From Candidatus Nitrosocosmicus sp. (GTDB taxonomy: Archaea > Thermoproteota > Nitrososphaeria > Nitrososphaerales > Nitrososphaeraceae): 52,266 nt of DNA. The notes under the pieces were generated by a model. It ran no database searches and was not told the origin of the DNA. It saw nothing but the letters and a program-made list of their open reading frames with translations. Shown here in pieces: positions 1 to 9,128 of this stretch. The stretch's first letter is position 1; each line of letters begins with the position of its first letter. The stretch lies in the NCBI GenBank assembly GCA_035276505.1, contig DATELO010000191.1, positions 1 through 52,266 of the forward strand. Reading direction: 5' to 3'. Made by a program: the position numbers and the translations under genes.

Positions 1-20
1 AAAACAACAATAAAAAAGAT

Positions 21-95
21 GGGTTCATAGTTCAGCTTGGATAGAATGACTGCCTGCGGAGCAGTTGGTCGAGGGTTCAAATCCCTCTGGACCCG
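21..95 (+). tRNA. tRNA-Arg(GCG)
   Basis: Cloverleaf: acceptor GGGTTCA/TGGACCC, anticodon arm ACTGC-CTGCGGA-GCAGT (anticodon GCG), T arm GAGGG-TTCAAAT-CCCTC; no intron, no encoded CCA. Confidence 0.95.
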
Positions 96-497
96 ACTCA
101 AGTATCAAAATTTTATTTGATATTCTAACTTATCCACCGAACTAGTGAAAACTGACTCTAAAAAGTAAAACCATTAAAGTTCGAGCTGACTATTACAAGA
201 AACCCATCTACTACTTTATATTCAACTATTTTTGATTCAGAATTCCATATAATTCAAGTGATGGCTGACAATTTTGAGATCGTAACCAGGCTTCTGAAAT
301 ACCAGCAACCTGTCTATGAAATTAGACAACTTATCATTTTCATTAGTATTTAAATAAAGAGAATGGTGCGAATATTGGGCCTTAATAACTACCATATCTT
401 ACTACTCCTAAATCCAGAAATTTATTATTTCGATCGCTTAGATAAAGTGATATTTATGAAGTTACCAGAGTATTAAAAGTATTTGAGTATGATTTTT

Positions 498-689
498 TCA
501 TATATCTTTGATAGATAGTGGGCTGTCTTTTGTAAAGACTGTATGACAATTAAAACACTTGATATCATAGTATGGGAATAGGTTGCTTAAGTCGCTAGTA
601 AAAACATGTAAACCAATTACTTCTAGATTGTCATTGTTGTTATGGCATGTAGGACAAACTATTGAGGACAGGTCAAATTCAAAAGACAT
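498..689 (-). CDS. Small putative zinc-ribbon protein (63 aa)
   Basis: ATG start; two CxxC pairs (CPTC ... CFNC) typical of archaeal Zn-finger microproteins. Confidence 0.55.
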   Translation of the reverse strand: MSFEFDLSSIVCPTCHNNNDNLEVIGLHVFTSDLSNLFPYYDIKCFNCHTVFTKDSPLSIKDI

Positions 690-993
690 ACTTTATTTTT
701 ATATCGGCTTTGTTGATATTGAATTCTTAAGTTGAAAATATAATGTTTTTCTAAATTCTTTTGACATAAAAAAATTCTACACTTATACTTTGAAATTAAA
801 ATCTAGAATATCAACAATTATTGAATTTGACTAATTATAGACCTACAATACTATATATTAAAAACGATTAACGTCATCATCTGACGATGATTGTTGGGGT
901 AACCTTCATACTTTTTGAACTACTCTCTTATTTACCCAGCATGCATTCATATCACTGATCGTCCAAAATCCTCCTTAATCTCAACAAGGATCT

Positions 994-1008
994 AAAAAGT
1001 TTATTTAT
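994..1008 (+). promoter_or_regulatory. Putative archaeal BRE + TATA box for the 1031 gene (probably leaderless mRNA)
   Basis: AAAAAG-TTTATTTAT ending about 22 nt upstream of the ATG at 1031. Confidence 0.45.
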
Positions 1009-1030
1009 GCTATTTTAGCCTATAACAATT

Positions 1031-1609
1031 ATGACTTCTGGTAAATATTTCAATAAGGGAGTAAAAGCATTGGATGAACCAAATGTTGGTTATGTTGTAA
1101 GAGAGACTCCTGACAAGATAGTTGTTTTTGGAGAAAAGAATGAGAGATTTGATATCCCTATAAAAGAAATCCAACAAGTGGGGGCTAATGTTTTGATTGG
1201 CTTAAAATTTGACGATTTGAACAGATATGCAGTATCCAGAAATGCACCACTACCTGCAGGAAGAGAAGACCCTTGGGATGAGGGGGATCGAATGGTGGAT
1301 TTAGCCACTTATGAAGGACGATATCCAAATACACTATTTAATAAGGGAGTTAGAGCCAAAAACGAAGATCATGTGGGACATGTCATGAAAGAAACGTCTG
1401 ATAAGGTTGTTATATTCGGAGAAAACAATAAGAGATTTGACGTACCCAAATCAGAAATTTATCAAGTGGGTATGAACGTAATTCTCAAGATAGATTTTCC
1501 TGAAATCTTTAATTACGAAGTTGCGAAAAGCGCACCCTTACCTTCAGGAAAGCCAATCGAAACTGTTGAAGCTGATGCGTATCCTGATGAGTATCATGGG
1601 CCGATGTAA
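1031..1609 (+). CDS. Hypothetical protein with two tandem PRC-barrel-like repeats
   Basis: Internal duplication with a 96-aa period (FNKGV..VG.V..ET.DK.V.FGE...RFD.P..EI.QVG.NV); beta-rich PRC-like pattern. Confidence 0.75.
   Translation: MTSGKYFNKGVKALDEPNVGYVVRETPDKIVVFGEKNERFDIPIKEIQQVGANVLIGLKFDDLNRYAVSRNAPLPAGREDPWDEGDRMVDLATYEGRYPNTLFNKGVRAKNEDHVGHVMKETSDKVVIFGENNKRFDVPKSEIYQVGMNVILKIDFPEIFNYEVAKSAPLPSGKPIETVEADAYPDEYHGPM
1049..1552 (+). repeat. Intragenic tandem duplication, units about 1049-1264 and 1337-1552
   Basis: 38 of 72 aligned residues identical by hand; DNA echoes such as TTCAATAAGGGAGT/TTTAATAAGGGAGT and GAGATTTGA. Confidence 0.85.
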
Positions 1610-1834
1610 TTGCGGCTCCATAATTTTTTTTGATTTTATAGCGTAGATATAAATTCTGTCTACAATCAGTCGAATTTCGCCAAAATTTATAGATATCTAA
1701 TCATACACACTAATATTGATTGTAAGACAGTAATTGATGATAAATTATTTCATGAAACTTTTCCCAATTTATACTTGAAACTCTAGCATATCAGTAAGTA
1801 TAATTAAATTTAACCAAGCACAAACCAGTTATGT

Positions 1835-2575
1835 ATGTTAAAGGACAAGGTTGTTTTGATTACTGGTGCAAGCAGTGGTATAGGATATTCTACAGCTATA
1901 ACGTTATCCAAGAAAGGGGCTAATATCGTAGCTGGTGCCCGAAGGACTGAAAAATTAGACGAACTTAGAAAGGAAATTGAAAAGGAGAACGGAAAGATAA
2001 TTACAACTTCACTGGATGTGACTAAAAAAGAAGATTGTAAAAGCTTTGCAGAATTAGCCCTAAAGGAGTATGGCAGGACTGATGTACTCATCAATAACGC
2101 AGGCTTGATGCCTCTAAGTTTCGTGAAAAATTTAAAGTTAGATGAATGGGATAGGATGATAGATGTCAACATCAAAGGTGTCTTGCATACCACTGCTGCT
2201 GTAATTCCTAATATGCTTTCAAACAAAGCTGGACACATTGTAAATATTTCATCTGTGGCAGGAAGGGTAGTATTCCCTGCAGGTAGTGTATACTGCGCAA
2301 CAAAATTCGCCATCACTGCTTTCAGTGAGGGGCTGAGACAAGAACTAAGCCAAAGATCAAATATCCGAGTAACTTGTATCGAACCAGGAGTCGTCGCAAC
2401 TGAACTTACAAATACTATTACCGATGAATCTCTCAAATCGTTTGTGGATTCAGTAAAGAACATGAAAGCACTGGAAGCACAAGATATCGCTAATGCGATA
2501 TTATATGCTATAGACTCTCCCCAACATGTCAATGTAAACGAGATTCTGATAAGACCTGTGCAACAAGATAGATGA
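1835..2575 (+). CDS. Short-chain dehydrogenase/reductase (YdfG-like, probably NADP-dependent)
   Basis: TGASSGIG, ARR, NNAG, SS and YCATK catalytic motifs; C-terminal P.HVNVNEI.IRP. Confidence 0.92.
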   Translation: MLKDKVVLITGASSGIGYSTAITLSKKGANIVAGARRTEKLDELRKEIEKENGKIITTSLDVTKKEDCKSFAELALKEYGRTDVLINNAGLMPLSFVKNLKLDEWDRMIDVNIKGVLHTTAAVIPNMLSNKAGHIVNISSVAGRVVFPAGSVYCATKFAITAFSEGLRQELSQRSNIRVTCIEPGVVATELTNTITDESLKSFVDSVKNMKALEAQDIANAILYAIDSPQHVNVNEILIRPVQQDR

Positions 2576-2758
2576 ATTAGTATCTATGAAGATATAATTT
2601 AATCTTGACAGAAGTAAAAAAAAGTTTGGCTTGAAATGAAAGGATCAGTTGGCAATTTCATCTCGCTTCTTATTTCTTAGTTTCATACAGTGTGAATTTT
2701 AAACATTTGATGAACTTCGGCCCGCTCCAATTATGAATATTAAAGTGAATCTAATTTT

Positions 2759-3874
2759 ATGATATTATCTATCCTTGTAGTAAGTTTATTTATTTTTGTA
2801 ATTGTCTTATTTTTTTCAGCAGATTTGCGGGCTAATTATGCACAATCAAACAGTGCAGCTCTTTTTGGTAATTGGTCGAATCTCAAGTTATTGGTAAATG
2901 ATAATATTTCGATGTTCATATCGTTACCTACGGATTGGAAAATAGAAAAAGAATCACTGTATGATAATATTGCAGATGCCATCATTATAGTTCCTCCAAA
3001 AAAGGCGCCCTCAACTGTTCCCTCAAGTAAGCTAGCGATCGGAATTGAAAAATTAGAGTCAACAACTACCCTGTCTGATTTTTCAAAAGCAGCAAAGGAT
3101 GCTTTATTCTCAAAATTGAATAATTTTGAACTTATTGATTCATTCCCTATCAACATTTCTGATCTTAGTGCAGAGCGTATTATTTTCACTCACAGAGTAA
3201 ACGACAAAATGATGCAGGTAATGCAAACTTGGCTAATAGATAACAATAACGCATTCATTGTTACTTTTGCCACTACACCAGATAGTTTCGGTTTTTACAA
3301 TCCAATTTTAACCAAAATTATTTCTTCCATTAAAATCGAGGATTATAAGAAAGATGATACCTCAGAAAAATCGTTGAAGATTTCTGGTTATGCTTCAATT
3401 GAATCTCCATTTGGGTTTGAACTCTCTTATCCAGATAATTGGATTTTAAGCGAAGGGAAGAACCGCTTGTCAATAATATCAAATCAAAGTGATTTGTCAG
3501 ACCGCTATTTAGAAAGACTAGATATTTACTATAACCTAAGTAGTAACAACAGTTTGATATCCAATTCTTCCCAAACCAAGGATGAAAAAATGAGAACCGA
3601 ATTGCTCAATGAAATTAAATACATGATAAATAATTTGCAGAACTTGGATATAATTTCGATCAAAAATGTTAATGTTAGCAGTAGCAACATCACGGCAAAG
3701 GAGCTGCTTTACGGATACGATTCTAATATCGGTAAGACAAAAGTTAACGAGTATTTATTGTACGGAAACTCCCGCCTTGTAATCCTATCATTTTCAACTA
3801 GTTCAATGGATTTTGATAAAATGTCGGATACTATCGACACGATACTGGATAGTTTCAAATTCATGAGTAACTAG
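2759..3874 (+). CDS. Exported/membrane-anchored protein with two PsbP-like domains
   Basis: Hydrophobic N-terminus; two domains starting FISLPTDW and FELSYPDNW, ending with I.SI/ILDSFKF. Confidence 0.7.
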   Translation: MILSILVVSLFIFVIVLFFSADLRANYAQSNSAALFGNWSNLKLLVNDNISMFISLPTDWKIEKESLYDNIADAIIIVPPKKAPSTVPSSKLAIGIEKLESTTTLSDFSKAAKDALFSKLNNFELIDSFPINISDLSAERIIFTHRVNDKMMQVMQTWLIDNNNAFIVTFATTPDSFGFYNPILTKIISSIKIEDYKKDDTSEKSLKISGYASIESPFGFELSYPDNWILSEGKNRLSIISNQSDLSDRYLERLDIYYNLSSNNSLISNSSQTKDEKMRTELLNEIKYMINNLQNLDIISIKNVNVSSSNITAKELLYGYDSNIGKTKVNEYLLYGNSRLVILSFSTSSMDFDKMSDTIDTILDSFKFMSN

Positions 3875-3953
3875 CAATGTTTATAGTCCTTTTACACAAT
3901 TATATATATGAGTTATTACAACTGAAAAATATTAATTAATGTGATACATTGAA

Positions 3954-4799
3954 TTGAGCGAGAATGTAATATGCAGAAAGACGCAGGATGACCTCATAGA
4001 AAAGTTCCATTCTAGACCACTTTTCACGGTAGTTATTCCAACACTTAACGAATCTGAAAATATTATAAAACTAATCAATGAAATTAAAACAGGAACGTGT
4101 GAAAATGAACCTTATGAAATTGTTATTGTTGATGACAACTCACCTGACGACACCGTTGGCACTATTATTAATGATTTTACAAATGATAATGGGTTTAAAG
4201 TTTATAAAATTCGACAGAATATAGGTTTGCAATCACATCAATATTATTTAATTTATCCCCAAAAGGAGAACCGCTTTTACATTAAGGTGATAAAGAGAAG
4301 TGAAAGGTCCGGTTTGATTTCTGCTATTTACGAGGGATTTAAATCTTCTATAAGCGAATATATTTTAGTTATGGATGCTGACTTTTCGCATTCTCCGAGT
4401 CACATTAATAGTTTGATAAGTGAGATTCGAAGATCTGATTGTGATCTTGTTATTGCTTCGAGATATGTGAAAGGAGGCAAAATTGTCGGTTGGACCCCTA
4501 AGAGAATCTTTTTGAGTAGGTTTGCTACGAATTTATCTAAATTAATATTTGGATTGTCAGATGTTTCGGACCCTATGTCCGGTTTTTTCGTTATAAAAAG
4601 GAGCATGATTCGAAAAATGCATTTTAACACCTCCGGCTTTAAAATCTTGCTAGAGATACTGGTTAAATCCAAAAATATAAAGATCAAAGAAATTCCATAT
4701 ACTTTCTCTGACAGGGCAATGGGAGCCAGCAAATTAAACTCCAAGGTAACAATCGATTTTTTCAAGGGATTGTATACGCTCTATAAGTGCCATCATTGA
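3954..4799 (+). CDS. Polyprenol-phosphate mannosyltransferase (DPM1-like, GT2)
   Basis: VVIPTLNE, VDDNSPD, MDADFSH, IASRY..GG, DPMSGFF, GFKILLE, R..GASK. Confidence 0.88.
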   Translation: MSENVICRKTQDDLIEKFHSRPLFTVVIPTLNESENIIKLINEIKTGTCENEPYEIVIVDDNSPDDTVGTIINDFTNDNGFKVYKIRQNIGLQSHQYYLIYPQKENRFYIKVIKRSERSGLISAIYEGFKSSISEYILVMDADFSHSPSHINSLISEIRRSDCDLVIASRYVKGGKIVGWTPKRIFLSRFATNLSKLIFGLSDVSDPMSGFFVIKRSMIRKMHFNTSGFKILLEILVKSKNIKIKEIPYTFSDRAMGASKLNSKVTIDFFKGLYTLYKCHH

Positions 4800-4843
4800 A
4801 TTAGATTCTTTTATGAAAATAATAGGTTGGCCTAGGAGGTTAA

Positions 4844-5797
4844 TTGAGTGTGAAAAAATATAACAGAATCATATCATTTCTTCCAAGCGCTACAGAAATC
4901 CTATTTGAAATTGGGCTAGGTCCATTCGTATATGGAGTTACACATGAATGTACTTACCCTCTTGAAGCACTAAGAAAATCCAAAGTTATCAAGCCAGTAA
5001 TTGATTTTGAATCTCTTTCCGGATTTGAAATTGACAAAAAGATAAAGGAACTTTCATTCAAAAATGAACCAATTTTTGCTCTAGATAAACAACTTATCAA
5101 GAATATTCAACCAGATGTTTTAATTAGTCAAAAACTATGTTCCGTCTGCGCACCGTTCGAGAACGAAATTGTTCTTTGTAATAAAATACTAGGGTACAAT
5201 CCCAGCAATCTAATCCTAAATCCAACAAATCTCCAGGATATCCTTAAAAGTATCATAACTATAGGCAAAGAATTAGGAAATTTGGAGGATGCATATAAGC
5301 TGCTGGGTAAATTAGAGTCAAGAATTCATGCTATCCAAACGGTCCTAAAATCAATCAACATAAAAAAGAAAACTGACCCTCTTCCCAAAATTATCTGCTT
5401 GGACTGGATAAATCCCTTCTATTTGGCAGGACACTGGGTGCCTGACATGATACATACCGCTAATGGATTACCCTTGGGAACTGTATCTGGAATGAATTCA
5501 AGGCAAATTACTCTTGCAGAAATCGAAAAATTGAACCCTGATAAAATCATTATTGCTCCATGCGGTTATGATTTGAATAGGACACAAAGTGATTATGAAT
5601 GTTTTGACGATCCTCAATGGAAATCGCTACGAGCTTATAATAATGGCGAGATTTATTTGGTTGATTCAAATTCTTACTTCAGCAAACCGAGTCCAAGAGT
5701 CATCACAGGTATTGAAATATTATGTCGTATATTGCATCCTGAATTATTTAGTCATCTCCAAAGGCTTGATAATTCCTTCATAATTCCCAACCGCTAA
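4844..5797 (+). CDS. BtuF/TroA-like (cobalamin/iron-chelate) substrate-binding-fold protein
   Basis: RIISFLPSATEIL..IG, THEC..P, GHWVPDMI..A.G, NPDKII..PCG, FSKPSPR. Confidence 0.8.
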   Translation: MSVKKYNRIISFLPSATEILFEIGLGPFVYGVTHECTYPLEALRKSKVIKPVIDFESLSGFEIDKKIKELSFKNEPIFALDKQLIKNIQPDVLISQKLCSVCAPFENEIVLCNKILGYNPSNLILNPTNLQDILKSIITIGKELGNLEDAYKLLGKLESRIHAIQTVLKSINIKKKTDPLPKIICLDWINPFYLAGHWVPDMIHTANGLPLGTVSGMNSRQITLAEIEKLNPDKIIIAPCGYDLNRTQSDYECFDDPQWKSLRAYNNGEIYLVDSNSYFSKPSPRVITGIEILCRILHPELFSHLQRLDNSFIIPNR

Positions 5798-5819
5798 ATC
5801 ATATTATCCTAAATAATTC

Positions 5820-6476
5820 TTACTTAACTGTATAGCAAATACATCCGTCTATTCGATCCATAAAATCAATTTTAACAGGATAGGAATTAGTTGTCCCGTC
5901 TTTATTTTCATAAGTTGTTCCAATGGGAAAGAATATTTTAGAATCAGGATCTTCAATATTGTCATTATATCCGTACATTAACTTTGAAACAAGGGCCTCA
6001 AATCTGATGTTGTAAGGTTCATATCCAACTCTATTCCACCATTCAATTCCTGTGAAACATTGATAAAACTGAAGGGCAAATAAATCTCGGTTAACTGACA
6101 AGCTGAACTTTTCTTCAACGCCTCGACTGAGGTCTTTTAGGTAGTATACGATGATAGACTCTTCTTCAAGCATTGTAATTTGTCTATAATAAGAATTTCC
6201 AATTTCTGGCAAAATTTTTCTGAATCTGTACTGATTATGTCCCTTAAAAATTGCCTCAAAATAATTTTGGCCGTCAAATTGACAAATTAAGTTTAACTCT
6301 ATTGGAAGCTTCTGAATGTTAAAAACTTCCAACAAGTATAGCATCCAAGACTTATCAGGTATCATATTGCCAAGATCCTTTCTTAAATTAATTACATCGG
6401 TAACTAACCGAAACTTTGATAGATAATCACGGTACTCGGTGAAAGGAGTATCTATGCATCCATACCAATAATGCAT
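5820..6476 (-). CDS. Hypothetical protein (218 aa)
   Basis: ORF fills the gap between neighbours; AAGGTGA SD-like element 8 nt before ATG and a TATA-like AAATATAAAA further upstream; no recognised motif. Confidence 0.65.
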   Translation of the reverse strand: MHYWYGCIDTPFTEYRDYLSKFRLVTDVINLRKDLGNMIPDKSWMLYLLEVFNIQKLPIELNLICQFDGQNYFEAIFKGHNQYRFRKILPEIGNSYYRQITMLEEESIIVYYLKDLSRGVEEKFSLSVNRDLFALQFYQCFTGIEWWNRVGYEPYNIRFEALVSKLMYGYNDNIEDPDSKIFFPIGTTYENKDGTTNSYPVKIDFMDRIDGCICYTVK

Positions 6477-6611
6477 AACTTAAGTCACCTTTGATTTTAT
6501 ATTTACCTTTGTAGAACTGATTCTCAAAGAAATTTAGGTTCGCCCTTAATTTGTCAACCAAATTATCTTACTTTTTTTGGATGAGCAATTTAGAATGTAA
6601 TAAATTAACCC

Positions 6612-7421
6612 TTGCATATGTACATAAAGATGGGTGTAGTCTCTCAAGATGATCATCATTTTTCAACCAAGAAAAAAATTTCTCAACCCCCACTCAATCT
6701 GCTTTTTAACCCATCTCTCATTGAAAGAGATGACGTTTGGAAGATTGATATTGTGAAATTATTGGAAATTCTTTTGTCTACGCTCACATCATCAACCTAC
6801 AAGGATTTGAGACTTTGTGGGGTTGCTATACTTACATCAACACTTATCCATCGACTCAAGGTCGAGTCAATTTTTAGATTAGAAAAAATTGCAAATAAGA
6901 ATGCAAGTACCGAATTTCAAAAAACCGGAGGAATAACAGAAAAAATCCCGATTCCTGAAATTTCAAACTTAACTTTGCCTTTCAGACAAGAAATTGCTTA
7001 TCCTGTGTCGTTAGAGGACTTGCTATCTATCTTAGAGAACATGATTACTGATTTGACTAATCCCATAGCTAGAAAAAGTCAAGTCAAATTGGAACCAGTT
7101 CAAGCTGTAGATTTCCAGGATTACCTTATCAAATTTGAAAAAATTATTGAAGACTTTGAAAATAAGTTGATTGAAAAATTATTACAAAGAGATCAGCTGA
7201 TTTTTAATGATCTAGTCCAAAATATGAATGAGCTAGAAGTTGCTAGATATTTTATTGCAATGCTATATTTGAGTATGAAAAATAAGATTGAAATTATCAC
7301 TCAAGCTCCTGAAACCAAAGATGACAATTTATCTAAAGGCGAAGATTCAAAGAACATTTCTGGAAAAAACCATACTCTTAACTCCGATACTATCATAATA
7401 ATTCCTAAAATTAACTCTTGA
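6612..7421 (+). CDS. scpA: Segregation and condensation protein A (kleisin)
   Basis: DVWKIDIV.L kleisin N-domain, V(S)LEDLL, C-terminal F.AML.L winged helix; directly upstream of scpB; true start may be ATG 6630. Confidence 0.82.
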   Translation: MHMYIKMGVVSQDDHHFSTKKKISQPPLNLLFNPSLIERDDVWKIDIVKLLEILLSTLTSSTYKDLRLCGVAILTSTLIHRLKVESIFRLEKIANKNASTEFQKTGGITEKIPIPEISNLTLPFRQEIAYPVSLEDLLSILENMITDLTNPIARKSQVKLEPVQAVDFQDYLIKFEKIIEDFENKLIEKLLQRDQLIFNDLVQNMNELEVARYFIAMLYLSMKNKIEIITQAPETKDDNLSKGEDSKNISGKNHTLNSDTIIIIPKINS

Positions 7422-7430
7422 TTATTTCAT

Positions 7431-7967
7431 ATGGCAAAATTACCAAACGATGAAGTTGTAGCGAGAATTGAGGCCGCCTTGTATTCGGCAGGCCGTCCAA
7501 TTACAATTGAAGAAATTGTTAATGCTTCTGGAACCGATTCAAAAGAACGAGTAAAACGTCTGCTGATTGAATTGGTAAACAAGACCAAAGTTACCTTCAA
7601 AGCACTAGAGATAGCAAAGTTGGAGGATAATAGTTATGTATTTCAACTTAAACCTAGTTATGCACCAATAGTAAAAAAATTTTCAAATAGACCTCAAATT
7701 TCTAATTCTGTATTAAAAACATTGTCTTATATAGCATATGAGCAGCCAGTTACAACCAAGAGGTTGCTTGAAATTAGGGGTTCAAAAGTATACCATCACT
7801 TGCGCGAGCTTCAAGATCAAGAATTTGTCCAATTTAAGAGTTCTGGGAGGATAAAAGTTTATTCTACTACAATTAAATTTAATAATTATTTTGGAGTTGG
7901 CGATCTCAAAATGCTTAAGAAAAGTTTACTTCTGCAACCAAAGGATGCAGAAAAGAAAAACACTTAA
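7431..7967 (+). CDS. scpB: SMC-Scp complex subunit ScpB
   Basis: IEAALYSAGRP, LKTLSYIAYEQPVT...L.EIRG, Y.TT.KF..YFG. Confidence 0.92.
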   Translation: MAKLPNDEVVARIEAALYSAGRPITIEEIVNASGTDSKERVKRLLIELVNKTKVTFKALEIAKLEDNSYVFQLKPSYAPIVKKFSNRPQISNSVLKTLSYIAYEQPVTTKRLLEIRGSKVYHHLRELQDQEFVQFKSSGRIKVYSTTIKFNNYFGVGDLKMLKKSLLLQPKDAEKKNT

Positions 7968-7991
7968 TTATCGATTGCATAAATCCTATTT

Positions 7992-8378
7992 GTGCGTAAA
8001 TCTATCGAAAACTTAGCAGGAAGGAAATATACTGGAGGAAGAATCATTCCTAATCGTACACGACGAAAATATGAAATTGATAGATATCCAAATGAAGCTA
8101 CAGTTGGAGAGGCAAAAAATGTTATACGCAAAGTGCGTGGTAATAACATTAAGGTCGCATTCAAATATGCAGACCATGCTAATGTGAGTGATAAAGATTC
8201 AAAGAAAACTACTAAAGTTAAGATCGTAAGAGTCACAAAGAATCCTGCAAACAAAGATTTTGAAAGAAGAGGCGTTATTTCCAAAGGTTCCATATTAGAA
8301 ACTGAATTAGGCCTAGCAAGAGTCGTTTCAAGACCAGGGCAAGATGGAATCGTTAATGCAATATTGATCAAGCAATAA
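7992..8378 (+). CDS. rps8e: 30S ribosomal protein S8e
   Basis: RKYTGG, RKYE, VRGNN.K, NPAN.DF.RRGVI.KG..LETELG.ARV.SRPGQDG.VNA. Confidence 0.97.
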   Translation: MRKSIENLAGRKYTGGRIIPNRTRRKYEIDRYPNEATVGEAKNVIRKVRGNNIKVAFKYADHANVSDKDSKKTTKVKIVRVTKNPANKDFERRGVISKGSILETELGLARVVSRPGQDGIVNAILIKQ

Positions 8379-8432
8379 ATAATCGAAAGGATTGTAGGAA
8401 TAAGAATTTATTAAATAAATTTAAAATTATTA

Positions 8433-9113
8433 GTGTTGGCAAAAATAGGAATCACAGTTTTTCCTGGCAGTAATTGTGATAGGGATGTCCGTCATATTCT
8501 AAAGAATATTTTGAATGTTGATGCGGAGTTTATTTGGCATAAATCATCTATTGGTGAATTTGACAGTATTATTATACCAGGCGGCTTTACATATGGTGAC
8601 AGGTTACGTGCGGGCGCTATTGCTGCCCATAGTCCAATCATGAGTAAGATAATTGAGATGTCTGAGAAGAATGTTCCTGTTCTGGGAATTTGCAATGGGT
8701 TTCAAATATTAGTAGAGTCCGGTCTTTTACCCGGGGCACTGATTTTGAATGATTCTTTAAAGTTCGTATGTAAATGGATAAACACAGCAATTGTAAACAA
8801 CAAAACTCCATTTACATGTTTATTTGAAGAGAAGGAGATTTTATCAATTCCTATAGCACATGGTGAAGGGAAGTTTGTTGTAGACCCTGGATCTGTGGAG
8901 AAGATTTATCAGAATGGTCAAGTAGTTATTCAATATACTGATGGTAATCCCAATGGCTCAATGGAAAATATAGCCGCCGTCTGTAACACAAAGGGCAACG
9001 TGATGGGTATGATGCCTCATCCTGAGAGGGGTAGTGATATTGATTTGGTTCCTGCTGGATATAGAGGAAATTCTATTATGATGTTCAAGTCGTTACTGCA
9101 CTATCTGAAATAA
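8433..9113 (+). CDS. purQ: FGAM synthase glutaminase subunit
   Basis: FPGSNCD, PGGFTYGD.LRAG, GICNGFQ, AHGEG, MMPHPER. Confidence 0.97.
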   Translation: MLAKIGITVFPGSNCDRDVRHILKNILNVDAEFIWHKSSIGEFDSIIIPGGFTYGDRLRAGAIAAHSPIMSKIIEMSEKNVPVLGICNGFQILVESGLLPGALILNDSLKFVCKWINTAIVNNKTPFTCLFEEKEILSIPIAHGEGKFVVDPGSVEKIYQNGQVVIQYTDGNPNGSMENIAAVCNTKGNVMGMMPHPERGSDIDLVPAGYRGNSIMMFKSLLHYLK

Positions 9114-9128
9114 TCTGAGGTAAATTCT

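Noticed and set aside
261-353. 30-aa ORF MADNFEIVTRLLKYQQPVYEIRQLIIFISI
   Set aside because: Too short, no motif or clear promoter; expected by chance
96-1030. Integrated element at tRNA-Arg
   Set aside because: No integrase or transposase, and I found no duplicated tRNA 3' end in the window
1810-2532. 240-aa antisense ORF, and the many other nested or antisense ORFs in the track (e.g. 7964-8371, 39645-39977, 48618-48989, 51454-51822)
   Set aside because: They lie on or opposite well-supported genes and have shadow-frame composition with no motifs; long antisense frames are common for SDR genes
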